Shown here piece after piece: positions 37,227 to 50,430 of a stretch of DNA of 64,000 nucleotides. Source of the DNA: Geosiphon pyriformis uo1 (Eukaryota > Fungi > Glomeromycota); assembly GCA_016748015.1 (NCBI GenBank), contig JAAOMT010000128.1, forward strand, positions 441,538-505,537, written 5' to 3'. A model generated the notes under the pieces. It saw only the letters and a program-made list of their open reading frames with translations, ran no database searches and had not been told where the DNA came from. The first letter of the stretch is position 1; the number at the start of each line of letters is the position of its first letter. The position numbers were made by a program, and so were the translations under genes.

Positions 37227-39920
37227 TTACTATCACTGGATAGTAAGTCTAGAAAGAGCGTCGGCGTTTTGATGATTAGCTCCTTTGTGGTGTTGAATGT
37301 TATAGTTGAATTTGTCCAAGTTGAGTATCCAGCAAGTTATCTGTTTATGTTCCAGGTTTCTTTTGTTGCGTAGCCAAACCAAAGCTTAGTGATCTGTTAC
37401 CACCAAAAATTTCACACTCTTAAGATATTTGTCCCAGTAGCTGGTAGCCCAAACTACTGCTAAGTATTCCTGCTCAGTAACTGAGTAGTTCCTTTCTGCT
37501 GGAATGAGAGTTCTACTGACATATGCTATAGTGTGTTCTCTGTTATCTTCATCTTTTTGGGAAAAAACAGCACCAAGTCCATAGCCAGATGCATCAGTAT
37601 GGAAGATAAAAGGTTGATCCAAATTAGGTTGCATGAGGATGAGTTCTGTAACCAGTTTTTCCTTCAGAATTTCAAATGCTTTTTGTTGATGAGTGCTCCA
37701 GTAATAATTGATGTTTTTCCTAAGTAGCTAATTGAGAGGAGCAGTGATTTTGGAGAAATCCTTGACAAACTTGCGATAATAAGAGGTCAAACCAAGAAAA
37801 GAGCATAGTTCATGAACATTTATTGGTTGTTTAATGTTTTGAACTTTTTCAATTTTGGCTGGATCAGGAAAGATTCCATCTTTTGTAATAAGATGGCCAA
37901 GGAACTAGGTGGATTGACGTCCAAAGAATGATTTGATTGGATTGATCTTGAGACCAGTATTTCTAAGGAGGTCAAAAACTTTTTGCAAATGTTCAAGATG
38001 TTCATCCCAGGTTTTTGAGTACACCATTATGTCGTCCAAGTAGACTAGAACAAAGTTTTTTTTTACTGATTCAAATACTTTGTCCATTAAGCATTAAAAT
38101 GTGGGAGGAGCATTTGTGAGACCAAAAGGCATGACTGTGAATTCGTAGGTGCCATACTTGGTGATGAAGGCAGTTTTCTTTCTGCTTTCTGGATCCATCT
38201 CTATTTGCCAGAATTCAGCAGTTAAGTTAATGATTGAGAAGAAAGTGGCACCATGGAATTGGTCTAGCATTGCATCAATTTTGGGAAGTGGGTACATGTC
38301 TCTTTTAGTAATGGCATTTAATTGGTGATAGTCAACACAAAAACGTAGAGTTCCTTCTTTCTTGAATATCACTACAACTGGGAATGCCCATTCACTCTTG
38401 GTTTCCTGTATGAATCCAAGGGTTTTCATTCAGGTTATTTCTTTTTTGATAAACTCATTATTGTGCTGGTTGGATTGATAGGGCTTCAAATGGATGGGGC
38501 AAGTTTCTCTGGTGATGATGGTGTGTTGTATCACATGTATACATCCAGGAGGTTCACCTTCTTTTGAGATAACTGGGCTGTTTCTAGCCAGCAGGTTTTT
38601 AATGTCTACTTTTCTTTCTTCTTGAGAGGGTTCTCTTTGTTCTACAACCAGTGATTGGATTTCAGGTGGTTTGTTTTCAAAGGACTTTTGGACTTCTTTT
38701 ATTTCCTCTTGGGGTATCAAGCTGATTGGTTCCCAATCTTTGTAATAGATCAGGCAGGACATGCATTCATCGCTAGGAGAATACAATGGTTTGTTGCACC
38801 AGCACTGGGCACAAGGACTATGCCACCAATAACTGTATTTGGCTTTCTTGCCTGGCTTTCTGTCAAAGGTTCTTCTGAGCATGTCATAATAAGGCCAGCA
38901 GATCAGCTTGCCATTGACAATAATTCCTTCTTTATCTGCCTTGATATTATCCAGTGGTTTGCCATTGCTAGTGAAGATGGTATAGGCAAGTTCAGCAGTT
39001 TCTTCTTGTTCTTCTTGTTCTTCTTTTTTTTCACTTTCTTCATCATCTGATTCATCTGATTCATTTTTTTCTGGGCTCTGCTTGGGTACTGAGGGAATTG
39101 TCCAATGGCGACACTTAACCACAATGGGTTTCTCACCACATCTGATGGTTAGTTCACAGAGTTCATAATCAAGCAAAGCCTTTGTTTTCTTGAGCCATTC
39201 ATTGCCAACAATGATGGTATATTCTTTTGCTTCAGACACTTCCATGTCAGTTTCAATGCTAATGCCATTGATGTGGACAGGAATAGCTTTGGCTATGCCA
39301 AGCCCTTTCTTCTTATCACCATGCACATTGGTCATTGGTCATGTGGATGGTTCATCAATTTTTCTGCCAATTGCTTCAAAAAAGTGTTTGGCAATAACAC
39401 TAACAGATGATCCACTGTCTAGGATCAAATTGATGAAGTAGCCAGCTACTTGGGCTTTACAAATTAGAGGAGTGACATTGCTATTGTCAGCAAGTCCAGC
39501 TTGGCGAAGGCATTTGTTGGTTTTGGGTGTCTTTTTCTTTGGAATCAGGGATTTGCAAAGATTTTTTCTGAATTGTGGATGGGTCATCAATTGGCCAAAG
39601 GTTATATGTGCTGGAATTTCCATAAAGTCTTTGACAACAGAATAGGGACTGGATTTTTGTACTATTTCTGGGGATTCCAACTTTGGAGGATTCTTGAAAA
39701 CTTTGGCTTTTGGGAGCTCATTGTTGTCAGCAGTTGATGTAGAAGCTTTATTGGGGTCTAGAATGAAATCAACTTTGGCTTTCTTCTTCTTTCTTGTAGA
39801 TTCAGAGGGGTTGATTGCTAATTCATCCATGTCATGATCATCATCAGTTAAGTTAAAAGCATAAAAGAGGTTTTCTTCTGGTTGGCTTGCACTCTTACCT
39901 TTTGGAGGTGCACCTACTAG
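37227..39920 (-). pseudogene. Element E pol (protease, Cys-rich linker, RT, RNase H), in the -1 frame relative to gag
   Basis: Motifs: LILDSGS, LRFCVDY, VYLDD, HTDASG. Ends ALSRLTIQ followed by TGA-TAG-TAA. Confidence 0.92.
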
Positions 39921-39926
39921 TTTAAA
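39885..39926 (-). promoter_or_regulatory. -1 programmed ribosomal frameshift signal (U UUA AAC plus downstream stem-loop)
   Basis: Correctly phased TTTAAAC sits immediately before the gag stops. The -1 frame is open and is the pol frame. A TGCAC...GTGCA stem follows. Confidence 0.8.
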
Positions 39927-41467
39927 GGCTGATAAACAGTGGCTTCAACTAAGAGATCTTCTCCAAAGAAATTGATGTTGGCATGATTGGGTCTTTGGTT
40001 GAGCACATTATTGTTGTTGATTCTGTTGTTCTAAGCATCATTGTTTCTGAGGACTGGTGGAGGCAGTGGAGGATTGTTGCAATCTCTTGAAAAGTGTCCA
40101 GTTAATCCACAGCGATAACATACAGGTGGGCCACGATTTTGTTGTCTTTGATAAGGTGGTTGCTGGGGCTAATTGAAGCGTGGTTCAAATCTGGGTTTTT
40201 GTGGTTGCTGATTTTCTCTGACTGCTTGGGCTAAGAGTTCTAATAACCGAGCAAGATTTGCTGTAAGTCTGTCTATTAACTATTCATTTGAATCTTGAGT
40301 GTGAGTGGCAAAAGAAGTAGCAGCCATTTGAGGGGCAGGAGCCATGACAGGAACAGAAGCAAAAACTGGTAGTGTAGATCCCAAGTGCATCCTTTGGTTA
40401 TCTTCAATTCTTTGTGCTAATTCAATGGCCATATTCATGGTGGGATTATCTTTTAGGGCCAGGAGGGGCCAAAGAACATACGATAGATCAGTTCTCAATT
40501 CTTTTGTGAAGAAGTGAATTTTCTGCTCTTTTGTCCAATTTCTTCCAGTGTCTACTCGTTTGATTAACTTTCTGATTGCTTTGGCATATTTGGTTACAAC
40601 TTCACCAGGACCTTGGGTTCTTTTTTCCAATTTCATACGCCATTTTGATATTAATATTGGGGTTCTGAACTTGTTTTCAAACCGGGTAGTGAAAGAAGTG
40701 TTGATTTCTCCCACATTTGCTGGTGTCCATCTAATGATTTTTTGCTGGGCATTGGCATCTGTTTCTTGTGAGAACCAGGTAGCAGAGGATCCTTGAAGGT
40801 AGCCACCAACAATTTGGAACTTGTACTCATCATTATATTGATTGGCTATAGCAGCTCTTTCAAAGTCATCCAACCATTCAATTGAATCTTGTACATCACC
40901 TCTAAATAATGGTATTGGGGTGTTGTTTTTTTGCCCTAGAGCAGTTTGTATACCTTGGAGGGTGGCCAGAATGTTTGCTTGCATGGGGTCATTAGCCATT
41001 GGTTCAGGGATAACTGTTTGTGTAGACGAGTCTGATTTGCTTAATAAAAGATCAAAAACAGGAGCAGTTTGGTAGCTTTCTTTTTCTGTTTCAAAGGAAG
41101 TTTTAGTTGCTTGATGGGCAGCAATCCAAATGTGGATTTGATGATTCAGATATTCGAAATCAGGGGGCTGTTGTTCAAAGATTGCAGAATATAAGAGCTG
41201 ATTGATACTGTTGTTTCTTTCTTCAAAGTCGTTTTCAAAATAAGCTTGGTCAAAGTAATAGGTTATATAAGCTGTGTAGGTTTCAGCTGAATGCTTGTTC
41301 AGGAACCAGTTCCAAAAGTCTTGGAATTGTCTACTGGATTGTTCTTTAAGGGGGAAGCAGATCAAGCAGGAGGGCAGAGGATTAAGTTCAATGAAACTTT
41401 GGTCGTTTCTGTTGTGTGCTGCAAAGTGTTCTTCTAATTGCTGTGGCAGATATGAGTAATCACTCAT
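39914..41467 (-). pseudogene. Element E gag (capsid, CCHC knuckle CYRCGLTGHFSRDC)
   Basis: ORF 40280-41467 continues in frame to TAG-TAG at 39914-39919. Confidence 0.9.
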
Positions 41468-41519
41468 ACAATAAGGGAATAAGTGAATTTTGACAACCTC
41501 ACAGGGAGCACTATTTTTA

Positions 41520-42197
41520 TGTTACGAGTTGGAGTAACAAGCTAACAGATAGCAAGAGAGAACAGTATTGTATGGTGATGGAAATAAACAAAGAAGGAAT
41601 TACAATAAGGGAGCGAATTGAATAAGTAGAAATTCAATGTGTGTGATCAGTCTCATAAAAATCACAGTCACTAATCTTTTCTTAAATCTGAAGGTAGAGG
41701 AATAGTCTATGATTGTCAACAAGATAACACCACTGCTATTATTCTATGCCTTAACTCGGCGATTCTTAGAATTAATAACAGGTATCATTGTACTTTTCAA
41801 TCGTTTCTTTATTCAATGAATTACAAGAGCAAGCCAATTGCTTCTCAGGCTAATTCTAACAAATACAAATCAAGAAGGGGAAAAGATAAGGTATGTGAAT
41901 GCCAACAAGTAAATACTTGAAGGTAAGGAAAGGGAAATAAGCGATTATGAGAGGAAGTAATTAATATTGTTTATTTCGTTACTTTGATCATGTCTTTCTA
42001 TAGCTAAGGGAATTATCACTTATATAGCTATCTAAAGTGGTCAACGACCAGGTCAATGATCAGGTTAATGATCAGGTCAACAGTCAAGTCATTGATCAGG
42101 TCAACAATCACTATCTAAAAATAGGGTGGCTAATTATATGACATCAGTGGCTAATACATGTGATAATTAATAAAAACTATGTGTTTCAACTGTAACA
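41520..42197 (-). repeat. 5' LTR of element E (678 bp)
   Basis: TG...CA termini, next to the PBS. Confidence 0.95.
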
Positions 42198-44953
42198 ATG
42201 GTATCAAAACAGATTCAGACAAGATTGAGATTGTTAAGAGCTTTCCAGTACCAAATAATCTCACAGAATTAAGAGCATTCTTGAGATTTACTGGATACTA
42301 CTACTGTTTTATTAAAAACTTTTCCAAAATAGCTCAACCACTATACCAACTCCAAACAAAGAACACCAAATATGAATGGACAGAAACTCAGCAAGAAGCT
42401 TTTGATACATTAAGAAAAAAGCTTATTTAAGCTCCAGTACTAATCTATTCAGATCATAACAAGCCATTCATAATTACAACTAATGCATCTAGTCAAGCAT
42501 TAAGAGCAGTATTATCTCAAAAAAGACCAGATGGATAAAAACATTCAGTAGCTTATGCCAGCAGAAGCTTAAATCCAGCTGAAAAAAACTATGAAACTTC
42601 AGCATTAAAACACTTAGCTATCTATTGGGCTGTCACTAAATGAAAAGAATACTTGAGTCAAAAGTTTGATGTATACACTGATCATAAAGAATTGATTTCA
42701 ATTCAGAAACAAAAATTTGGAGACAATCATTATGTCAGATGGAAAATAAAACTGTCACTATTTAATTATACAGTACATTATAAAAAAGAAAAAAAAAACA
42801 AAAATGTTGATGGTTTGTCATGAATAAGACAAATCTAAAAACATTTCAACCCAAAAATATAACAAAAAATGAATATACAAAAATACCAACAACTCTAACA
42901 TTATATAAATACCCAATTGTTCAAAGAAAAATTATCTCAAAAAGAACAAAACAACATAAAACAGCAATCAAAATATTTTATTAACCATCAAAATATACTT
43001 TATTAAAAAACAAAAAAAATTCAGCTCAACCAACCAAAGTAATTACAGAACCAGAAAAAGAGACAATATTATTCAACATGCACTCAGATCCAACAGCAGG
43101 ACATTTTTACAAAGAAGCAATCATAGAAAGAATCAGAAAAAGATATTATTGGCCATCAATGTATTTAAACATTATTTAATATGTTCAAAATTGTGATGCT
43201 TGTTAAAGAAAAGGTGAAACAAAATCCAGTAAACCATTAAGACTAATCAAAATAGAACAACTGTTTGATTACATTGGAATTAATTTAGTCAGACCATTAA
43301 CAATTACCAGTAGAAGCAACAGATATATTGCAGTAGCTATGGATTATTTCACTAAATGGCCAAAAGCAAAAGTCATTCAAAGAACAGATACAGAATCTAT
43401 TGTCAAATTCATTTATCAAGATTTGATCTGTGAACACAGATGTTCAAAAAAACTATTATCAGATCAAGGAACTCACTTTGTAAATAGAACATTGGCAAAA
43501 TTAAGTCAAAGATTTGGAATAAAAAGATCATTATTATCACCATACCATCTACAAACAAATGAGTTAATTGAAAGATTTAACAGAACACTATATGAAACAA
43601 TAGCCAAGATCAGTCAAGAAAACCAGAACAAATAGGATTTGTTCATACCATCAGTATTATTTGCTTACAAAACAATAAAACAAGACACTACACAAGCAAC
43701 ACTATTTGAATTAGTATATAATAGAACAGCAACATTACCAGTTAAAATAAAAGTCAGAATATATCCAACAGAACCAATAACAGAAGAGAATTTTCAAAGA
43801 ACATTGTTAAAAAAAACATATGACTTAATAGAAATACTGAAAAACAAATGGCAAAAAGCAGCTAATAACATTCAAAAGTCACAAGAAAAACAAAAAGAAA
43901 GACACAATAACCAATTACCAAATAAACCAGTTGAATTCAAGATTGAAGACAAAGTACTTTTACATCATACCAAAGTGAAAAAACAATGGAGTAGAAAATT
44001 TGACCCCAAATGGGATAAACCATTTTATATAGAAGAAATTCTATAAAATAGAGCTTATAAATTAAGGTTAAACAACAAAATTTTAACCAAAGCAGCACAT
44101 GAAAATCGACTGAAACTATATCAAAACATAGGATTAGCATTCATCAATAATATTCTACAACTGAAAACACAGAGAATATTAGTTTAACCAGATGAGATTT
44201 CACGAGATTTGGAACCAATTATAGTCATTGAACCAAACACATCAAATTGAACAACCAAAAAAGTATATAAAGACATGGTATACACGACAAAAGCAACAAA
44301 AAAAATTGAAAATACCAAACCATATTCATACTTTAGCTCAACAATTGTTTTAGGCCTTAAGTCAACAGCAAATAAACATGGAAATTATTATTAACAATCA
44401 AACAATCTGTTATCAAAACACCAAACAAAAAAGGAAAAGTACACTATACTAGCGACTACAGAAACAATTAATAAACTAGTCAGATAAAATAGTAGAAAAA
44501 GTAAAAAACATGTTTGAAAAAATAATTATCATCATTCTAACAAAAGAACTAATAAAAAAAATTGAAGCCAATGGATAGACCAACTTCCAATACCATATTG
44601 CTACTATCAATTGGGACAAAAAGTAGATATTCAAAAGTTATATCTTAACAAATTCAAGAGAATCTTTAATCAAGAAATAATCCAGAACATTAAAAACATT
44701 ATTGAAAAGAAAATAAATTTGACATTTCATATCAAGACCATTTATTGATTACACACTATATTTCAAAACTACCCAGAAATATTGTTATATGCTAACATAA
44801 AAACAATAACTATCAACCAATAGGGAAAAATAAACAACTCACAAATTGAAGAAATAAAGAATAGGATGGAACAGATGCTACTTGAAAAAGAAATATTCGA
44901 CATAATTCAAAATGAGAATTTTGACAGAGCTTAATATTAAAAGGAGGAGATAA

Positions 44954-45782
44954 TATTATTTATAAAAAAGAAAAACAGATATAGAAAATAGTAGACCAAT
45001 AAAAGAGTAGTAGTTAGTACATGAGCATATTGCTTAACAATATGGAGTAATATTAAAAAATTAGGGCATATTGCTTAGCAATATGAGCATTGTTTAAGAA
45101 ATCATAGCACATTGCTTGGAAATATAAATGATTTCATAGAACATCAATTATGTATATATAGTGGTAGCATTAGAAGAAGAAAAAACAGATCTTTTAGTTT
45201 AGATTTAATCTAAGCAACCTTCTATATTACAAATATTAATAAATAATTATTCTCTATCTCAAATCTACTCTCTACTATCAACACTTTATGTTGATAGTAA
45301 TTAATACTTAACTACACAGAAACAATAATTCTTGATCATGGCTATTGATGAAATACTAACATTTATTGCCTTGGCTTATTTATTTTATTTTATTTTATTT
45401 TATTTTATTTTTTTCTTTTATTTCTTTGTTATTTCTTGTTGTGTACTAATTGATTAAAAAATTAAGTATTGAATTATTAACATTAAGGATAGCCTGGTAA
45501 AAGACCTTAAAAAAAAGATATAACATTAAGAATTTAAGGATAGCTTACCAGAAGAGCATCTCTGCCAGATTACTGGTCATCATGTTGAGAAAAAAATTGA
45601 ACAGAATTGTAATTCTGAGAAGCTACTGAAACAACCATTAAATTTTTATCCATTATACAAAAGACTCCACAACAAAACCTTTAAATCAACCAAAATTTTC
45701 AGAAACAACACTATTATAGCAATTGAGCACCAAGTTATGGGTTTGTTATTTGTCTTGAGACCCCAAATAATCATCTATAATA
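44954..45782 (+). repeat. 3' LTR of element C
   Basis: Homologous to the B LTRs; termini decayed to TATTA...TAATA. Confidence 0.9.
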
Positions 45783-48700
45783 ACATTATTCTAATTATAT
45801 GGCTTTAGAATCATGAAAACTTATGCTTTTTTTTATAAAATAGGAATTGTTCTAACAACTAGACAAGCATTTAGCAAAACCAAAAAACAGACCATAATTT
45901 CAGAACTATAGTGTTTTCATAGCTTATTTAAAATGTCAAACAAAACAGTAGTTTTGCTATCTGACAACTCTTCTACAACCCAAATTAACTTTTCCATGCT
46001 AATATATTCTATAATTCCAGAAAATATATCATCTTTAATAGTCTAGAGGCTTGTACTGACAAGACCAAAAAATTAGTCCCACTTTAGACACCAATTTTTT
46101 TTTGTCTAGCCTTCTATTATTACATCTATTCTGTTTTTTAACAATTCAAGTTTCAAAACCAATTCATTATCTACCATTAAATAATTTAATATTACTTTAT
46201 GAAAAAGTCTTTTCAAAACACTCTTAATTATTTAACTCTTATTAATACAAAAATTTTCTATTTTCTTATTAATGGCATTTTTGATTACAGTTGTTTTCAA
46301 AGCTTTAAATTCTTAATACTTAAATGCTCTAACAATTTTTGAAACCAAAATTTCTAATCTGTAGAACTTAGAAAACTGTTTATTCTTAATAATATTAGAG
46401 TTTTTAAACCATTTTTTGGAAAAAATTTTGTCTGTAGATTCAACTATTACCTTCCTCAAAAAATTTTATATTGTATCCATCTAAACTATTTGCATTCTAA
46501 AACTCATTCCATATGCAAGACATTTGTTTTGTCAAGTATTTTTTAAATTGAATTCATTTTAAACTATCTGCATTCTTAAATCCAAACTTTTATTGGTCTT
46601 TATTAGTCTGCTTCTAAATAATATTTAGATGTTTATTAAGAAGTCTATTTAAACCAAAAAAAATAACAACAGTTGAATAATTGGTATTGAAAAAATTCAA
46701 AATGTTTTTAACCTTTTATCTAATCACAGTCATTAAAAGATGTTTATTGACAAAAATATAATCAATAGTTTTTTTCATATTTCTTAAATTGCTTCATGTT
46801 AGGAGCTTAGCTGCTGAAAAATTTGATAGAAAATTATACAAACCCAACTCAAAACATTTCTTAAAACTTGTACTTTATCTCATATTATTCTTATTAAAAT
46901 TACTCTTTAATATTATATAAGAATTTAAATTGACTGTTTTAACAATTTAAAAGTTTATTTTAAAAGTCTGGTTAAACTGTATACCAGCTGAAACATCTGC
47001 ATAAAGACTCATAATTATTATTAAAACTTTGTTGCTAAATAGCAGACAAATTAAAAAAAGATGATTCAGGACTTCAAAAATCTTATACATATGTTCAACA
47101 AGCTTATTGTTTATTATTATAGTCACTTTAGAGCCCAAATAACCAGAATTCAAATCAGAAATAAAAATTTTTAAACCCAAAAACTTGTTTTTAATTCAAA
47201 ATTTAGACAGTTTTTTTAGCTTTGTCTTAGTAATTACAGAAACCAAATTGTCCAATTCTTTATATTACTTAATAATATTATCTTGTTTTGCTAAATTATT
47301 CATATTTTTAACATTATATATAGCAATTTTTCAAATAAAATTGGTTATTAAGGAAATATACTTGCTGAAAAATCCAAATTAATGCATATCTAATTCAATT
47401 TAAACAAAATTAATCTGATTGTACTCTTGAGCACAACCAGTTTTGATTTCAAACTACTTACTTTTGCTATCAAAATTTTGAAGCTGTTCTGATTCAAATC
47501 TAAAGTATTGGTTACTATCAACAAAAAAGGTGGGAACAAAATTTGCAAGATATTTATAATCATATCCAAATCTAAACTGGAATTCAAAACCAAAAAAAAA
47601 ACTAAAGCAAAAGATTAAAAGACAGATACCAAAAAAATCAGTTCCATATTATTTATTCTGTACAAAACACCAAAAATCTGGTTAGCCAATAATTCCAATG
47701 AGCATTTCAAAGAAACCAAACAAGCTTCAATTAATAAAACATGTTGTGAAAAGAGAAAAACTTTTATAGTACTTGGTATACCAAAAAAAGAAAAACCAGA
47801 ATTAAAGAGAACATTATTATGAACAGAAACCAAAGACACAACCTGAGCCTATAACTTATTATTAAAAACAGTAGAACAGAAAATAGGAACATCTTTTTTT
47901 ACATACAACTTAATCAATAAAAGTCAATTTTTATCTAAAACAGTCTTTTTAAATATTTTTGAAGACTTAAAAGTAAATGTAATCAATGTATTATATTTTA
48001 AAACAAAATATCCAAAACATTCACACTTTTTACAACAAACCAAATTCATTTTAGTTTAAAAAAGCTTTATACCATCAAAAATTGGCTTTGTATAGAAAGT
48101 AAATTTAAGTTTTTCTTCTAAATTAAAGCCAATTACAGTATAGTAGACCTTATTACTAGTTTTGAATAAATAATTAATAATGCAAGTTTTTTTATCAGTT
48201 TCTTTTAACAAAATAATCAGATTATAAGTTTTTGTTCTTATTGGCAAAGTAAATAAAAGTGCCTTAAAATAATTCTTTAACATTTAGACATTACAATTTC
48301 TTATGGCTTTGGCAATATACATTAAATCTTTCCTAATTAAGAATGACTATTTAGCTGCTAACAAATTTGCCTAAGCCAATTTGGCAAACTTTACTATAGC
48401 TTTCTGTCATAGTTCAATCAGCTATAATTAAATTAACACTATCTAATCATATTTAGTTATTATGACAATGATTATTTTTTTTGGCATGTTTATAAAAATT
48501 TCTTTAATTATCACAGCTCAATCTGACTTAATTTTTTGTTTTTTAAGATTATTATTTACTTTAATGCTCTTTTTTTTGGCCAATAATATGGTCTTTTCTA
48601 TGTTTTTCTCTAATGTAAATGTTGATTTAATAATCTTCTTAAATTTTAAGGAAATAGTAACCCTTCTAAAACCATTAATTAATAAAAAAATCTTCTTAAT

Positions 48701-49200
48701 AACCTAAGTTTTTACTATTGCCAATTTGTCTTCTATTACAAAAAAATTAATATTCAAAGCAAATGATTTCTTAACAACAACTTTTATCTGAGTTTTAATA
48801 ATTTTTGGGTCAATTTACTTCTTGTTCAAAGAAATAGGTAAGCAGAAAAGAAAGAAGACTTCATTTTTATTATCTATATTATAGACCAGAAAGCCAATTA
48901 AAAAACCAATTATAATATCAATGTTGACTTTTTTTGTTTTAAATATATTTATTTTAAAATCTAACTAAGTTTTATTCTTACTATTAGCATTATTATTTGT
49001 ATTCATATTAGCAAATTGACCAGCAGTTTTTTTTGAATTTTTAAAACTTAAATTTGTTTTATTATTAGAATATTTAATATTGTCAAGTAACAATTTTTGC
49101 TTTTAAGCCAAGCTTCTATTAATGAAATCTAAAGTTACAATCTTGACTGATTTTCTTTTAGTATTAAAATCATTTATAGTGATAGTTAGTTTGATAACAA
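45783..49200 (-). mobile_element. Highly decayed non-LTR retrotransposon (LINE): ORF1 about 47390-49170, then ORF2 APE endonuclease and linker, truncated before RT by element C
   Basis: Minus-strand translation gives APE-like motifs (LVSVITKTKL, SGYLGSKVTIII, KKTIDYIFV) and ORF1-like FKALLFTLP. Confidence 0.7.
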
Positions 49201-50430
49201 AAAAGTTTAGTATTTAAAAAATAATGAAATATACAACAGTAAAACAGAAAAAACTTTTTTTAAAATTCTGAACTTTTTTTTAAAAATTGGGACAAAAGAG
49301 AAAAAAAAGTTATTAAATAAATTAAGTTAAAAAAATTAACACAATTAATATTAAAAATATAATAAATTTAATATTAAGTAAAATAAATAATTATTAATGT
49401 TAAAAAATTTTAATGCAGAATTTTTAAAATTAATATTGAATAAAAATATATTATTGTAATATAATATAGTTTTAATTAGCTTAAATAGCTAATTATATAT
49501 AAAAAAATATAGTTTATGTTTAATATATTATATTTATATTATATGTTAATAGATTATAATTAAACTATATTTACATAAACATTTTAAAGAAATACAATAT
49601 TTTTAATTATAAATGGTTTATTATTTATAATAAATATTAAAAAACTTTTTAAATAAAATTTTTTATAATTAAATTACAACAAATATTGTTAACAATATAA
49701 TGTTTACAAAAAAATTAATATTAAATTATTAAAATTAAAGAATCATAATTTTTAAATTGATTAATATCTTTTTTTAATTAGGTTTTAATTTGTTTAATAA
49801 CCAAAAAACTTATAAAGATTTAGTATTTTATTATTATTATTATTATTATTTAAAGAAACATTTTATGGCACCATTTCCTGGTGTGCACATTTTGCACAAA
49901 ATAACTAAATTTGGCGTAGTTGGTAATAATGAACTTCGGGGAATGATAATTCATTCTCATTCTCAAATTAGAAATTTTCGTACTTTTGAAATCGTCGATG
50001 ACGTAGAGGAATTTTTTCAGGCGGAGATATATTGAAACAGTCTCGCATCAATTTCTTTTTCCAAAATCCCTGATAGATCTCTTTCACTCATTAGATATAG
50101 GTTCAACTACTTGAAACTAAACTCACCAAACCATCTATCAGGATTTTTACGTCTTAAATTACTATCACAGATCTCGGTCGAATTTTTAGTTCGCTGCAAT
50201 AACTTTTAGTTTGCCTTTAATTCACATCTATCTGACCTTTAATTTCCTGCTGAGTATTTTAGCTCAACTAAAATACTTCAAAACCATCGGTGAGTAAAAC
50301 CAGTGAAAAAATTCTAAACGATCTCGCTAAACAATTTTTTGTGCCAAAGGCGCGTATTTACTTGGCTTATCAACGCCGAGGATAAATTATCTCACTATGC
50401 TTTTTACTCATGCGCGTCTTTTCAGCAAAG

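Larger units (their letters stand above)
34449..42197 (-). mobile_element. Full-length Ty3/Gypsy element E (family 1, no dUTPase), inserted in RT of C; the least decayed full-length element
   Basis: LTRs at 34449-35186 and 41520-42197, perfect TSD ATGG, PBS 41497-41513 set 6 nt from the LTR, PPT about 35187-35196. Confidence 0.96.
18012..45782 (+). mobile_element. Ty3/Gypsy element C (family 2), host of a solo LTR and of elements D and E; 5' LTR truncated to ~70 bp
   Basis: LTR end 18080 with PBS 18083. gag-pol pieces at 18145-19556, 20505-21641, 31477-34448 and 42202-42838 rejoin once the inserts are removed. Integrase from ATG 42869, then ORF3, PPT aaaaggaggagataa and 3' LTR 44954-45782. 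Confidence 0.92.
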
